From an uncultured Anaerolineales bacterium (GTDB lineage: Bacteria; Chloroflexota; Anaerolineae; B4-G1; SLSP01): DNA of 48,842 nt. The position numbers and the translations under genes were made by a program. Positions 1 through 9,339 of the stretch are shown piece after piece. The notes under the pieces are model-generated. The model had not been told where the DNA came from, ran no database searches, and saw only the letters and a list, made by a program, of their open reading frames with translations. How positions within the stretch are numbered: the first letter of the stretch is position 1; each line of letters begins with the position of its first letter. The DNA is taken from NCBI GenBank assembly GCA_964516885.1, contig CAZEXX010000003.1:1-48842 (forward strand). Direction: 5' to 3'.

Positions 1-46
1 GCCACAGTCTAGCAGCATTGCCAGGCCGGCGCAACCGCTACAAGGT

Positions 47-74
47 TTGACTCACCAATGCTTTCCGTTACAAT
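47..74 (+). promoter_or_regulatory. candidate sigma70-type promoter upstream of alaS
   Basis: TTGACT (47-52), 16-nt spacer, TACAAT (69-74); lies 65-90 nt upstream of the two alaS start candidates. Confidence 0.35.
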
Positions 75-137
75 GCCTCCATCCTACCGTGTGGCTCTGT
101 ACCCCATAGTTTCCGCAGCACACGTGAGCGTGCAAAG

Positions 138-2993
138 ATGTGCGAAGGAGCGAGAAAGCCCATGACCAACAAGAGCAGTGATGAACAGACGCCCACCACT
201 CCCGGCATAACCGAGCCGGTATGGTCCGGCGACAAGGTGCGCCAGACGTTCCTGGATTTCTTCAAAGACCGGGGCCACACCGTCGTGCCGAGCGCCAGTC
301 TGGTCCCCCAGGATGACCCCACCCTGCTCTTCACGAACGCCGGCATGAATCAGTTCAAGGACGTCTTCCTGAACACCGGCACGCGACCCTACACCCGCGC
401 CACCAACACTCAGAAGTGTATGCGGGTCGCCGGCAAACATAATGACCTTGAGGATGTCGGTCGAGACGGCACCCACCACACACTCTTTGAGATGCTGGGC
501 AACTGGTCCTTCGGCGACTACTACAAGCGCGAGGCCATCGCGTGGGCCTGGGAGATACTGACTGACGTCTACGGCCTCGACCCTGACCGTCTGTGGGCCA
601 CCATCTTCGAGGATGACAGTGGCGATCTGGGGCTTGACGAGGAAGCTGACACCTACTGGAGGACCGAAACCACCATCAACCACGACCATATTGTGCGCTT
701 TGGTCGCAAGGATAACTTCTGGGAGATGGGTGACACCGGCCCATGCGGGCCCGACAGCGAGATCCACTATGATCGCGGCGCCGATGCCTGTGACAAACAG
801 AATGTCCCGGGCCACGTCTGCGAGGTCAACGGCGACTGCGCGCGCTACACCGAGATCTGGAACCTGGTCTTCATCCAGTACAACCGCCATAGCGAGACGG
901 ATCTGGTCCCCCTCCCTGCCCAGCACGTGGACACGGGCCTGGGTTTCGATCGTCTGGTCGCGATCCTGCAGAACAAAACATCCAACTACCGGACCGACAA
1001 CTTCTGGCCACTTATTGAACTGACACAGAAGCTGGCCGGTCAGATCGACGACGAGCGCGAGGCCAACATCATCGCGTACCGCGTCATCGCCGACCACATC
1101 CGCGCCATCACCTTCTTGATCGGCGACGGCGTGATGCCGGCCAACGATGGCCGCGGCTACGTGCTGCGCATGGTTCTCCGCCGCGCCGTTCGCTTCGGGC
1201 GCACGATCGGCTTCGACGAGCCCTTCCTGGTCCCGCTGGCCGAGCTGGTCATCCAGCGCCTGGGCCACGTCTTCCCCGAGTTGCCCTCCCGCGAGGACTT
1301 CATCAAGACCACCATCCTGAGCGAAGAGAAGCGCTTCCTGCGCACGCTCGATCAGGGCCTGTCACGTCTGGACGAGATCATCACCGGTGTGCAGCGTGCA
1401 GGCAAGACGGAGATCCCGGGCGACCAGGCATTCTTCCTCCACGACACCTTGGGATTGCCCTTCGAGGTCACCCGCGACATCGTCGTGGAACAGGGCCTGA
1501 CCGTCGACGAGGACGGCTACCGCGAGGCGCGCGAGGAACAGCGCGCGCGAGGCCGCGCTGCCGGCACCTTCCAGATGGAAACGGACACCCGCGCCCAGCT
1601 CTACCCGGTGCTGCGGGAGTGGATCCGGGAACGAGCACCGGGCAGCGTGCTCACCTACGATCCCTACAGCTCGATGGCGGTCGACACACAGATCGCCGCC
1701 ATGCTCTGCGGCGACGAGATCATCGATACCGCCGAAGCCGGCGATACCGTCGAGATCGTGTTGAATGACACGTGCTTCTACGTTGAGTCGGGCGGCCAGG
1801 TCTCCGACACCGGGTCCATCAGCGGTCCCGGCTGGACGGTGGATGTCACGGATACGCACCGCCCCGTCGAGGGTCTGGTGATCCACATAGGCCAGGTGAA
1901 TGCGGGCACGCCCAAGGTCGGTGACACGGTTACCGCCGCCGTCGACCGGGAGCGCCGCTGGGATATCCAGCGCAACCACACCGCGACCCACCTCCTGCAC
2001 CACGCGCTGCGCGACGTGTTGGGCAGCCACGTGCAACAGGCCGGTTCGGTGGTGGCGCCTGATCGCCTGCGATTCGACTTCAATAATGATACGCCGATGA
2101 CGGTGGAAGAGCGCGTCGAGATCGAGCGCATAACAACCCAGGCAATCCTGGCCAACTATGAGGTGAGTGCGCGTCAGGAGAACTACCGTGACGCCCTGGC
2201 CGGCGGCGTGATCGCGCTCTTCGAGGAGAAGTACGGCGACGTCGTCCGAGTGCTGCGCGTTGGCGATGCAGAGACGCCCTTCAGCCAGGAACTGTGCGGC
2301 GGCACGCACGTCTCGCGAACCGGCGACATCGGCCCGTTTATGATTCTATCCGAGAGCGGCATCGGCGCCGGCATCCGGCGTATCGAGGCAACCACCGGGC
2401 GCGGCGCACTGCAGGCTATGCAGGCCATGCGGGAGCGCCAGGAAACGACGGCCGCACTGCTCAACAGCCCTGTCGCCGAGGTCCCGGAGCACGTTGGACG
2501 ACTCCAGGATGAGCTCAAGGCCGCGCAGAAAGAGATCGAACAGATCACGCGCAAACTGGCACGGGCCGACTTCCAGGCGCTGCTGAGTAAGGTCGAGGAG
2601 ATCGACGGGGTGACGGTCCTGGCCGCCCAGGTCGACGCGCCGGACGCCGACACACTGCGCGAGATGGCGGACTGGTTCCGCGACAAGGTCAAGGGCGGCG
2701 TCGTAGTCCTGGGCACGGCCGCAAGCGGGCGGCCACTGCTCATTGCCGCCACGACCAAGGAGTTGGTCAAGGCCCGCGGCGTGCACGCCGGCAACCTGGT
2801 CCGGGAGCTGGCCAAGATGGTGGGTGGCGGCGGCGGCGGGCGGCCCGACATGGCCCAGGCCGGTGGGCGCGATGTCGACAAACTGCCGGCAGCCATCGCC
2901 AAGGTCCACGACCTGCTGAAGGAACAGCTCACCAAGTCCCAGAACTTGGCGGAGTCACAAGACTTGGCGAAGTCTCACGACTTCGCTGAATAG
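138..2993 (+). CDS. alaS: alanine--tRNA ligase (AlaRS)
   Basis: 951-aa ORF. Motifs: DDPTLLFTNAGMNQFK, FEMLGNWSFGDYYK, editing-domain NHTATHLLHHAL and CGGTH, C-terminal GGGGGGRPDMAQAGG. Alternative ATG at 162 (MTNKSS) follows GAAGGAG. Confidence 0.97.
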   Translation: MCEGARKPMTNKSSDEQTPTTPGITEPVWSGDKVRQTFLDFFKDRGHTVVPSASLVPQDDPTLLFTNAGMNQFKDVFLNTGTRPYTRATNTQKCMRVAGKHNDLEDVGRDGTHHTLFEMLGNWSFGDYYKREAIAWAWEILTDVYGLDPDRLWATIFEDDSGDLGLDEEADTYWRTETTINHDHIVRFGRKDNFWEMGDTGPCGPDSEIHYDRGADACDKQNVPGHVCEVNGDCARYTEIWNLVFIQYNRHSETDLVPLPAQHVDTGLGFDRLVAILQNKTSNYRTDNFWPLIELTQKLAGQIDDEREANIIAYRVIADHIRAITFLIGDGVMPANDGRGYVLRMVLRRAVRFGRTIGFDEPFLVPLAELVIQRLGHVFPELPSREDFIKTTILSEEKRFLRTLDQGLSRLDEIITGVQRAGKTEIPGDQAFFLHDTLGLPFEVTRDIVVEQGLTVDEDGYREAREEQRARGRAAGTFQMETDTRAQLYPVLREWIRERAPGSVLTYDPYSSMAVDTQIAAMLCGDEIIDTAEAGDTVEIVLNDTCFYVESGGQVSDTGSISGPGWTVDVTDTHRPVEGLVIHIGQVNAGTPKVGDTVTAAVDRERRWDIQRNHTATHLLHHALRDVLGSHVQQAGSVVAPDRLRFDFNNDTPMTVEERVEIERITTQAILANYEVSARQENYRDALAGGVIALFEEKYGDVVRVLRVGDAETPFSQELCGGTHVSRTGDIGPFMILSESGIGAGIRRIEATTGRGALQAMQAMRERQETTAALLNSPVAEVPEHVGRLQDELKAAQKEIEQITRKLARADFQALLSKVEEIDGVTVLAAQVDAPDADTLREMADWFRDKVKGGVVVLGTAASGRPLLIAATTKELVKARGVHAGNLVRELAKMVGGGGGGRPDMAQAGGRDVDKLPAAIAKVHDLLKEQLTKSQNLAESQDLAKSHDFAE
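2937..2990 (+). repeat. 3 x 18-nt in-frame tandem repeat forming the extreme C-terminus of AlaRS
   Basis: tcccagaacttggcggag / tcacaagacttggcgaag / tctcacgacttcgctgaa encode SQNLAE-SQDLAK-SHDFAE immediately before the stop. Confidence 0.8.
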
Positions 2994-3013
2994 CCCTGCG
3001 CCAGGCAGCATTC

Positions 3014-3056
3014 GAGCCCCCAGGATCCAGCGGATCCCGGGGGCTCCTTCGATTCT
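3014..3056 (+). terminator. stem-loop terminator candidate after alaS
   Basis: GAGCCCCCAGGATCC (3014-3028), loop agc, GGATCCCGGGGGCTC (3032-3046): 14 bp plus one mismatch, followed by cttcgattctg. Sits between the convergent alaS and yitJ-like genes. Confidence 0.5.
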
Positions 3057-3172
3057 GTGGACCGTGGCCATCTTGGCCGCACGCGCTCAGAGCCGACGGC
3101 AGGGCAAGACCCCACCTGCGCACCTGTCCGATCCGAAGCACAGAGCAGGCAAGATGCCCTCGAACCAACACT

Positions 3173-5047
3173 CTACATCCCCCGCAACTCCAGGGTCCCC
3201 GCAACCACCTCCGCCGCTAGATCATACCGGTTGAACGCCGGCATCAGATAGATGCCCTGGGCCCACGGTATTGCCTCACCGATGGTCTCGATCGCGATGC
3301 GCACACCCTCTTGCGGAGCGTCATCACCCGCCCGAGCTAGACGGTCGAACGTCTCCGGTGTGATCGCAATGCCAGGCACCTCATTGTCGAGGAAGTGCGC
3401 GTGACGCAGCCCGTAGAGCGGTAGAATCCCCGCCAGGATCGGGACCTCAAGCGCACCGTAGCGCTCGGTATAGGCATCCAGCACCGCCTGGGCCCGGGCA
3501 GCATCATAGACCGGCTGGGTCAAGAGGAAATCCACGCCGGCCCGCACCTTGCGGCGCAGTACCTTGAGCTCGCGTTCGACGCTGTTCGGGGCGAGATTGA
3601 GCGCACCCCCGACGAAATAGGCCGTCGGTTGGCCGATATCGCTACCGGCGTGGTCCACACCAGCGTTGAAGCCCTGCTTGATATGCTTGATCAACCCCGA
3701 GGGCACAACGTCGTAATCATCCATGGCCTCGGGATAGTCGCCAATGGCCGTGGGATCCCCCATGACGACGAAGACGTTGCGGATACCCAGCGCATGCGCG
3801 GCGAGTAGGTCCCCTTGGACACGCAGCAGGTTGCGACCGCGCGTCGGGAAGTGCAGCGTCGTCTCAATCCCGATCTTGTCCTGGATCAAAGCGCAGACAG
3901 CCCACGGGCTCATCCGCATCCGTGCCATAGGACTATCAGCCACGTTGATCACATCGGCGCCCGCTTCCTGGAGCAGAGTGGCGCCAGCCAGAAGCTTGTG
4001 CGTGGCCAGGCCCCGCGGCGGGTCCATCTCCACGGCGACGACGAACCGTCCTTCGGCCAGCTTCCGCGACAGCTGCGAGGGCTGGTCCGGGGCAATACCC
4101 ACGCCCACAGCCTGCACCAGACGCGGGCGCTCCGACACGCGCGGGGCACGGGGCGGCCCCGCGTCGATCGCCGCCCGCATCGCCATGATGTGGTCCGGCG
4201 TGGTGCCGCAGCAGCCGCCGACGATGCAGGCGCCGCCTTCGTAGAAGGCCCACACGTAGTCCCCGAAATAGGCCGGAGTAGCCGGATAGCGAATGCGTCC
4301 GCCGACCTGTTCCGGCCAACCGGCGTTGGGCTTCACCCACAGGGGTGCCTCAGGTACAGCCGTATGCATCTGGTGGACAATGCGAAGCAGTTGGTCCGGC
4401 CCGCCCGAGCAGTTGACGCCGATCATCTCGACCCCGGCCTGCCACAGCCGGCGCGCCACAGCCTGCGGCGCATCACCCAGCAGCGTACGGTCGTCCCGCG
4501 TGAATGTCATCGAAGCCACGACGGGTAATTCGCACACTTCTTTGGCTGCCTGGACCGCCGCCAGCACCTCCCGGAGGTCCGTCAACGTTTCGATGACGAT
4601 GAGATCGGCCCCTGCGTCAGCCAGCGCCTCGATCTGCCCCGCAAACGCAGCGCGGGCTTGGGCCTTTTGAACGCGACCATACGGTACGAGACGCACACCC
4701 AGCGGGCCCACATCCCCGGCGACCAACACCTCACGGAAGGAGGCCAGCACCGAACGGCGGGCCAGGTCGACCCCCGCTCGGTTGATCTCGGCGACGCGGT
4801 CCGCCAGCCCGTGCTCCGCCAACTTATAGCGGTTTGCCCCGAAGGTGTTCGACAGGATGATCTCGGACCCCGCGTCGATGTACTCACGGTGGACCCTGGC
4901 AACCAGCGCCGGGTCAGTCAGGTTCAGCGCATCAAAGCAGACGCTAAACGCCACCCCGCCCGCGTAGAGCATCGTGCCCATCGCGCCGTCGGCCAACAAC
5001 GGCACGGTGCACGCGTCAAGCTTCCGGAGAAAATCCGCCGCGTTCAC
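3173..5047 (-). CDS. yitJ: bifunctional homocysteine S-methyltransferase / 5,10-methylenetetrahydrofolate reductase (YitJ-type)
   Basis: 624 aa. N-terminal Hcy-methyltransferase domain (DGAMGTML, GVNCSGGP, GGCCGTTP). C-terminal MTHFR domain (VEMDPPRG, HFPTRGRN, VMGDP, FLLTQPVYD). The GTG start overlaps the metE stop as GTGA. Confidence 0.9.
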   Translation of the reverse strand: MNAADFLRKLDACTVPLLADGAMGTMLYAGGVAFSVCFDALNLTDPALVARVHREYIDAGSEIILSNTFGANRYKLAEHGLADRVAEINRAGVDLARRSVLASFREVLVAGDVGPLGVRLVPYGRVQKAQARAAFAGQIEALADAGADLIVIETLTDLREVLAAVQAAKEVCELPVVASMTFTRDDRTLLGDAPQAVARRLWQAGVEMIGVNCSGGPDQLLRIVHQMHTAVPEAPLWVKPNAGWPEQVGGRIRYPATPAYFGDYVWAFYEGGACIVGGCCGTTPDHIMAMRAAIDAGPPRAPRVSERPRLVQAVGVGIAPDQPSQLSRKLAEGRFVVAVEMDPPRGLATHKLLAGATLLQEAGADVINVADSPMARMRMSPWAVCALIQDKIGIETTLHFPTRGRNLLRVQGDLLAAHALGIRNVFVVMGDPTAIGDYPEAMDDYDVVPSGLIKHIKQGFNAGVDHAGSDIGQPTAYFVGGALNLAPNSVERELKVLRRKVRAGVDFLLTQPVYDAARAQAVLDAYTERYGALEVPILAGILPLYGLRHAHFLDNEVPGIAITPETFDRLARAGDDAPQEGVRIAIETIGEAIPWAQGIYLMPAFNRYDLAAEVVAGTLELRGM

Positions 5048-7296
5048 GAAACTTCGGTGGATTGGCGCATCCGGCGCACCGCATCCATCATGTTGCGCAG
5101 CGCCGGGATCACCTCATCCCAGGCCCTCGTTTTGAGCCCGCAGTCCGGGTTGACCCAGATCTTCTGGGGGTCCAGATGGCTCACAAAGGAGTCGAGCTTT
5201 GCCTTGATAAAGTCGACGTCCGGCACGACAGGGCTATGGATGTCGTAGACACCGGGGCCAACCTCACGCGGGTACCCGTACTCAGCCAGCTCCTGCAGCG
5301 TGGCATCATCGCTCCGCGCGTTCTCTATAGAGATGACGTCAGCATCCAACCCATCGATCGCCGCCAGAATATCCCCGAACTCCGCATAGCACATATGCGT
5401 GTGAATCTGGGTCTTGGGATGTGCCCCCGCCACGGCAAGGCGGAAGGCATCCACAGCCCAGGTCAGGTACGCCTCCGCCCGCTCCTGTTTCAGCGGAAGT
5501 CCCTCACGCAGCGCGGGCTCATCCACCTGCACGGCACGGGCGCCTGTCGCCTCCAAATCCGCGATCTCATCCCGCAGCACCAGCGCTATCTGGTAGGCAA
5601 TCTCCTGACGAGAGACGTCCGTGCGCGGATAAGACCAGTTGATGATGGTCACCGGCCCCGTCAGCATCCCCTTAACCGGCTTGTCGGTATAGGATTGGGC
5701 AACCGCAAACTCGCGCACCGTCATTGGTGAGGGACGGGTCACATCACCGAAGATAATGGGCGGCCGGACGTAGCGGCTGCCAAAACTCTGCACCCATCCA
5801 TAGCGGGTGAAGGCGAAGCCGGTCAGCTTCTGGGCGAAGTATTCCACCATATCGGTCCGTTCGAACTCGCCGTGGACCAGCACATCCAGCCCCAGGCCAT
5901 CCTGAACCCCCACGGAATAGGCAATGAAGGCATCCACACCGGCCTCATACTCGGCCTCCGTGATCTCGCCACGGCGGAAGCGCGCGCGATGTTGGCGCAC
6001 CGACAGGGTCTGCGGGAACGAGCCGATCGTGGTCGTGGGGAACACCGGCAGCGCAATCTGCTGCGGTCTGCGCTCAGCGTATGGCAAGACACGAGAGAAA
6101 TCAGCGTCCGTCAGCTTGGCCACCCGCTCGCGCAGAGCGGCATCGCTCGGCGAGAAGGCACGGAACGCCGCCCACGCGGCATGCATCCCGGCCAACTCAC
6201 CGTCGGCCACGGCACGCAGCTCCTTGAGCTTCTCCTCCGCAAAGGCAAAGACACGCCGAAGAGCGTCAGGAAGTTCGGTCTCGCGACTCGCGGCATAGGG
6301 CACAAACTGCAACGAGGCAGACGCGCCCAGGCGCAGCGCACCCCGGGCGGACCTGGGAAGCGCGGCCTCGATTTCGGAAAGCAGCCTCTCGGTCTCCTCC
6401 GTGCGCCCCCGCCAGACGCTGCGCGCGTCGACGACACCGGCAGCCAAAGTCTTGCTGGAGGGCCAGCCGCAACGCTGGATCAAACTAAGATTGTCGCCGC
6501 GGGTGAAGTCCAGCGAAATCACATCCACGGGCAGCTCAACAACCCAAGGGTACGCTTTGCCCAGATCATCGAAATAGGTCACAAGGTTCAGGGAAAGGCC
6601 CAGCCCGGCCAGCGTGCTGTAGGCAGCCTCGAAGTGGCCGCGCAGGGCTTCCGCACCGCTGCGCACCAGAACCGGCTCGTGCAGTTGAACCTCATCGACG
6701 CCCAGCCCAACCAGCTCACGGAGCAATTCCGCATAGAGCGGCACCAGCGCTGCCAGGGCTACGCCCATGTCGCCCTCAAAGCGGGACAGCGACAACAACG
6801 TCACCGGACCAATAAGGATCGGCACGGCGCGCTCCCCCAAGATGGCCCGCGCACGCTTCACAAGCTCGATGAAGTTACCAAAGGCAGCCGTCGGGAAGAT
6901 CGCAGTACCGAGTTCCGGGACCAGATAGTGGTAGTTGGTGTCAAACCACTTGGTCATCTCCAGCGCCGGGATCCCGGGCACGCCACGCGCCATAGCGAAG
7001 TAGCGATCCAGCCCTTCAAGCCCCTGGAATCGCTGGGGAATCAGGCCGAGCCGTACAGCCCAGTCCAGCATCTGGTCATAGAGCGTCGCGCTGCCCACGC
7101 CAATGAGGTCGATGCCCGCGTGCGCCTGAGTGCGCCAACTCGCCTCCGCCACTGTCCAGAACGTGTCCATCAGCGCTTCGGCGGCCACAGCGCCTTTCCA
7201 GTAGCCTTCCAGGGCTCGCTTGACCTCCCGATCTTTGCCGATGCGGGGATACCCAACCGTCTGTGTCAAGCGCTTTGCCGATGTATGTCCACTCAT
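5044..7296 (-). CDS. metE: cobalamin-independent methionine synthase (5-methyltetrahydropteroyltriglutamate--homocysteine methyltransferase)
   Basis: Two-domain MetE ORF with Zn-ligand motifs HTHMCYAEF and NPDCGLKTR. The ORF track starts at 7326, but the ATG at 7296 (MSGHTSAKRL) is preceded by GGGAAAAGGAG with 7-nt spacing. Confidence 0.95.
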   Translation of the reverse strand: MSGHTSAKRLTQTVGYPRIGKDREVKRALEGYWKGAVAAEALMDTFWTVAEASWRTQAHAGIDLIGVGSATLYDQMLDWAVRLGLIPQRFQGLEGLDRYFAMARGVPGIPALEMTKWFDTNYHYLVPELGTAIFPTAAFGNFIELVKRARAILGERAVPILIGPVTLLSLSRFEGDMGVALAALVPLYAELLRELVGLGVDEVQLHEPVLVRSGAEALRGHFEAAYSTLAGLGLSLNLVTYFDDLGKAYPWVVELPVDVISLDFTRGDNLSLIQRCGWPSSKTLAAGVVDARSVWRGRTEETERLLSEIEAALPRSARGALRLGASASLQFVPYAASRETELPDALRRVFAFAEEKLKELRAVADGELAGMHAAWAAFRAFSPSDAALRERVAKLTDADFSRVLPYAERRPQQIALPVFPTTTIGSFPQTLSVRQHRARFRRGEITEAEYEAGVDAFIAYSVGVQDGLGLDVLVHGEFERTDMVEYFAQKLTGFAFTRYGWVQSFGSRYVRPPIIFGDVTRPSPMTVREFAVAQSYTDKPVKGMLTGPVTIINWSYPRTDVSRQEIAYQIALVLRDEIADLEATGARAVQVDEPALREGLPLKQERAEAYLTWAVDAFRLAVAGAHPKTQIHTHMCYAEFGDILAAIDGLDADVISIENARSDDATLQELAEYGYPREVGPGVYDIHSPVVPDVDFIKAKLDSFVSHLDPQKIWVNPDCGLKTRAWDEVIPALRNMMDAVRRMRQSTEVS

Positions 7297-7491
7297 GGTC
7301 AAGCTCCTTTTCCCTGATGTTAGCATCCTGTCCGTGGATTCTCGGTGCCACGGGGAAAAATAAACATCATTATCTGATAAACCAGTCTACCCGAAGAAAC
7401 CGAAGCGTCAATTGGGAGGACAAAGCACTGGTAACATTCGCCCCCATACTGTAACGTGTCTGGTCCCAAAGAAGCATTGCGGGCACCAGGA
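7297..7491 (-). promoter_or_regulatory. long structured 5' leader of metE (riboswitch-like, class not assigned)
   Basis: About 195 nt between the predicted promoter and the start codon. Long-range GGUGCC/GGCACC complementarity, a competing hairpin CCGUGG/CCACGG (7353-7332), and UUUUCCC (7359-7353) complementary to the SD GGGAAAA (7314-7308). Confidence 0.35.
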
Positions 7492-7505
7492 TCCTGGCAT
7501 ATACT
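7477..7505 (+). promoter_or_regulatory. candidate promoter of the REC-GAF-kinase gene with a palindrome in its spacer
   Basis: TTGCGG (7477-7482), 17-nt spacer, TATACT (7500-7505). The spacer holds the perfect 12-bp palindrome CCAGGATCCTGG (7486-7497). The -10 overlaps the minus-strand -10. Confidence 0.3.
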
Positions 7506-7526
7506 GAGTCATAGATACCTTGTCAC
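7498..7526 (-). promoter_or_regulatory. candidate metE promoter
   Basis: On the minus strand: GTGACA (7526-7521), 17-nt spacer, TATATG (7503-7498). Confidence 0.3.
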
Positions 7527-7552
7527 ATCGGTACAAAATCGAGGAAATCTTG

Positions 7553-9334
7553 ATGGCTACCAGCAGCAAACCAGGCGTTCTGATTGTCGACGACCAACTG
7601 GTAAACCGCCGGCTGCTTGCGCGAGCACTCAGCACGCTAGATGTCAACATCCTGGAAGCACGGAGCGGCGCAGACGCACTGGTCATAGCGGAACAAGAGC
7701 ACGAACTCTGCGTCGCACTCTTGGATGTCCTTATGCCCGGTATGGATGGCTATACTCTGGCCTCAGAGCTCCGGCAGAAAACCAACACAGCTGCCCTTCC
7801 GGTCATCTTCATCAGCGCCATAGAGTCGGACACAGCCCACCACCTACGGGCGTATGAAACAGGCGCCGTTGATTTCCTGAGCAAGCCGGTCTCTCCTCGC
7901 ATCTTACTGACCAAGGTACGCGTCTTCCTGGAACTCTTCCTCCAGCGTCGCCAACTGGAAGCTGCGAACGACGCCCTGCACAGACAGACCGAACGGCTGG
8001 AGACCACGGCCAAGGTAAGCCACCAGATCACCTCGATCCTCGACCCGGATCAACTGCTGCTGGAGTTCCTCAGCCTCGTCAAGGATCGCTTTGGGTACAG
8101 CTACAGCGGCATCTGGATGCAGAGTGATGCGCCGGGTGCCGATGCCATCGTCCTCCGCGCCGGCAAGTACGGTATGCAGCAGCCGGTGTTGGAGCCGGGA
8201 AGCGCCATTCCGACCAATGCACCCAGGAGCATCATCGCGCACGTCTTCCGTACCGGCAAGGCCTATCTCAGCAGCGATACACAGACCGATCCGGTCTACT
8301 TGATATCAGAGGGACTGGAGGCGATACGATCGGAGCTAGCTCTGCCGCTCAGGTTCGGTCATTCCCTTCAGGGCGTGCTCGATATCCAGAGCGAACGGAC
8401 GGATGCCTTCTCATCAGGCAACATCATGGCCCTGTCCACACTGGCAGGTCAGGTCGCGGTGGCGCTACGCAACGTACGTCTCTATGACGAAGTCCGCCGG
8501 CTCAATGAGGACCTCGAAGCACAGGTCACGCAGCGCACGGCGGAACTTGAGCAAGCCTATCAGCAGTTGGAACTGCTCGACCGCCGCAAGTCCGACTTCA
8601 TCACCGTGGTTTCCCACGAGCTGCGGACGCCGCTCACCTTGATCAACGGCTTCAGCCAGATGCTCAGCGATGACGAGGTCGTCGTATCTGACGCCCTCCG
8701 CAAACGGCTGGTTGACGGCATTGTCGCAGGGGCGCGCCGCATGGGGGGCATCGTCGACAGCATGCTGGACGTCGTCAAGATCGACAGCCGCACCCTGAGA
8801 CTGGACCGCAAGTCCGTCAACTTGCGTGAGCTGCTGACCACCCTGTCGGTCAAGTTGGCCCCCGCCATACAGCAACGTCGCCACAAGTTGACGATCGAGG
8901 CCCTGGAGGAGCTCCCCCAGATAGAGGCGGACAGTGTAGAGATCGCCAAGGTCTTCGACGAGCTCCTCTCGAATGCGATCAAGTACACACCTGACGGGGG
9001 CGAGCTGACCGTCCACGGGTGGTGCTTGGCCCCCTCACCCGATACCGAGGATACCTACGTCGAGGTCGTCGTACAGGACACCGGAATCGGCATTGGGCCC
9101 GACCATCAGGAGCTGATCTTCACCAAATTCTACCGCACCGGCGATATCTCCCTGCACTCGTCTGGCCGGACGAAGTTCAAGGCCGGAGGGCCTGGGCTGG
9201 GATTGACCGTAGCGCGAGGCATCGTGGAGGCACACGGCGGGCACATCTGGGTGGAGAGCCCAGGCCATGACGAACGGAAGCTGCCCGGCAGCAAATTCCA
9301 CGTTATCCTGCCGGTTAAGCAACCTGTCTTGTAG
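7553..9334 (+). CDS. hybrid sensor: N-terminal receiver (REC) - GAF - HisKA/HATPase histidine kinase
   Basis: REC (VLIVDD, LLDVLMPGMDG, SKP), a central GAF-like region, H-box VVSHELRTPLT, and ATP-lid motifs DTGIGIGPDHQELIFTKFYR and GGPGLGLTVARGIVEAHGG. ATG 7553 follows GAGGAAA; the ORF track starts at TTG 7520. Confidence 0.9.
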   Translation: MATSSKPGVLIVDDQLVNRRLLARALSTLDVNILEARSGADALVIAEQEHELCVALLDVLMPGMDGYTLASELRQKTNTAALPVIFISAIESDTAHHLRAYETGAVDFLSKPVSPRILLTKVRVFLELFLQRRQLEAANDALHRQTERLETTAKVSHQITSILDPDQLLLEFLSLVKDRFGYSYSGIWMQSDAPGADAIVLRAGKYGMQQPVLEPGSAIPTNAPRSIIAHVFRTGKAYLSSDTQTDPVYLISEGLEAIRSELALPLRFGHSLQGVLDIQSERTDAFSSGNIMALSTLAGQVAVALRNVRLYDEVRRLNEDLEAQVTQRTAELEQAYQQLELLDRRKSDFITVVSHELRTPLTLINGFSQMLSDDEVVVSDALRKRLVDGIVAGARRMGGIVDSMLDVVKIDSRTLRLDRKSVNLRELLTTLSVKLAPAIQQRRHKLTIEALEELPQIEADSVEIAKVFDELLSNAIKYTPDGGELTVHGWCLAPSPDTEDTYVEVVVQDTGIGIGPDHQELIFTKFYRTGDISLHSSGRTKFKAGGPGLGLTVARGIVEAHGGHIWVESPGHDERKLPGSKFHVILPVKQPVL

Positions 9335-9339
9335 ACCTC

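Noticed and set aside
84-1268. Very long antisense ORFs opposite real genes: 84-1268 vs alaS, 5872-7317 vs metE, 13261-14277, 27991-29043, 34261-35286 vs groEL, and many of 60-250 aa
   Set aside because: They have Arg/Ala/Gly/Pro-rich low-complexity composition, no SD and no recognisable domains, and they lie opposite strongly supported genes. This is the expected lack of stop codons in GC-rich DNA.
7332-7353. T-box-like string GUGGCACCG in the metE leader
   Set aside because: The flanks do not form the antiterminator bulge (CCG rather than GGG precedes UGG, and there is no A2 helix). UGGC would imply a G discriminator base, which is unusual for tRNA-Met. No convincing Stem I or specifier loop was found.
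7413-7499. Plus-strand resemblance to the cobalamin riboswitch core (GGGAGGAC..GGUAACAUUCGCCCCCAUACUGUAAC..CAGGAUCCUGGC)
   Set aside because: It is on the wrong strand for metE and lies upstream of, or over, the predicted plus-strand promoter. It lacks GCCACUG and is shorter than known cores. The match is from memory only, so it is kept as something cmsearch should test rather than as a call.
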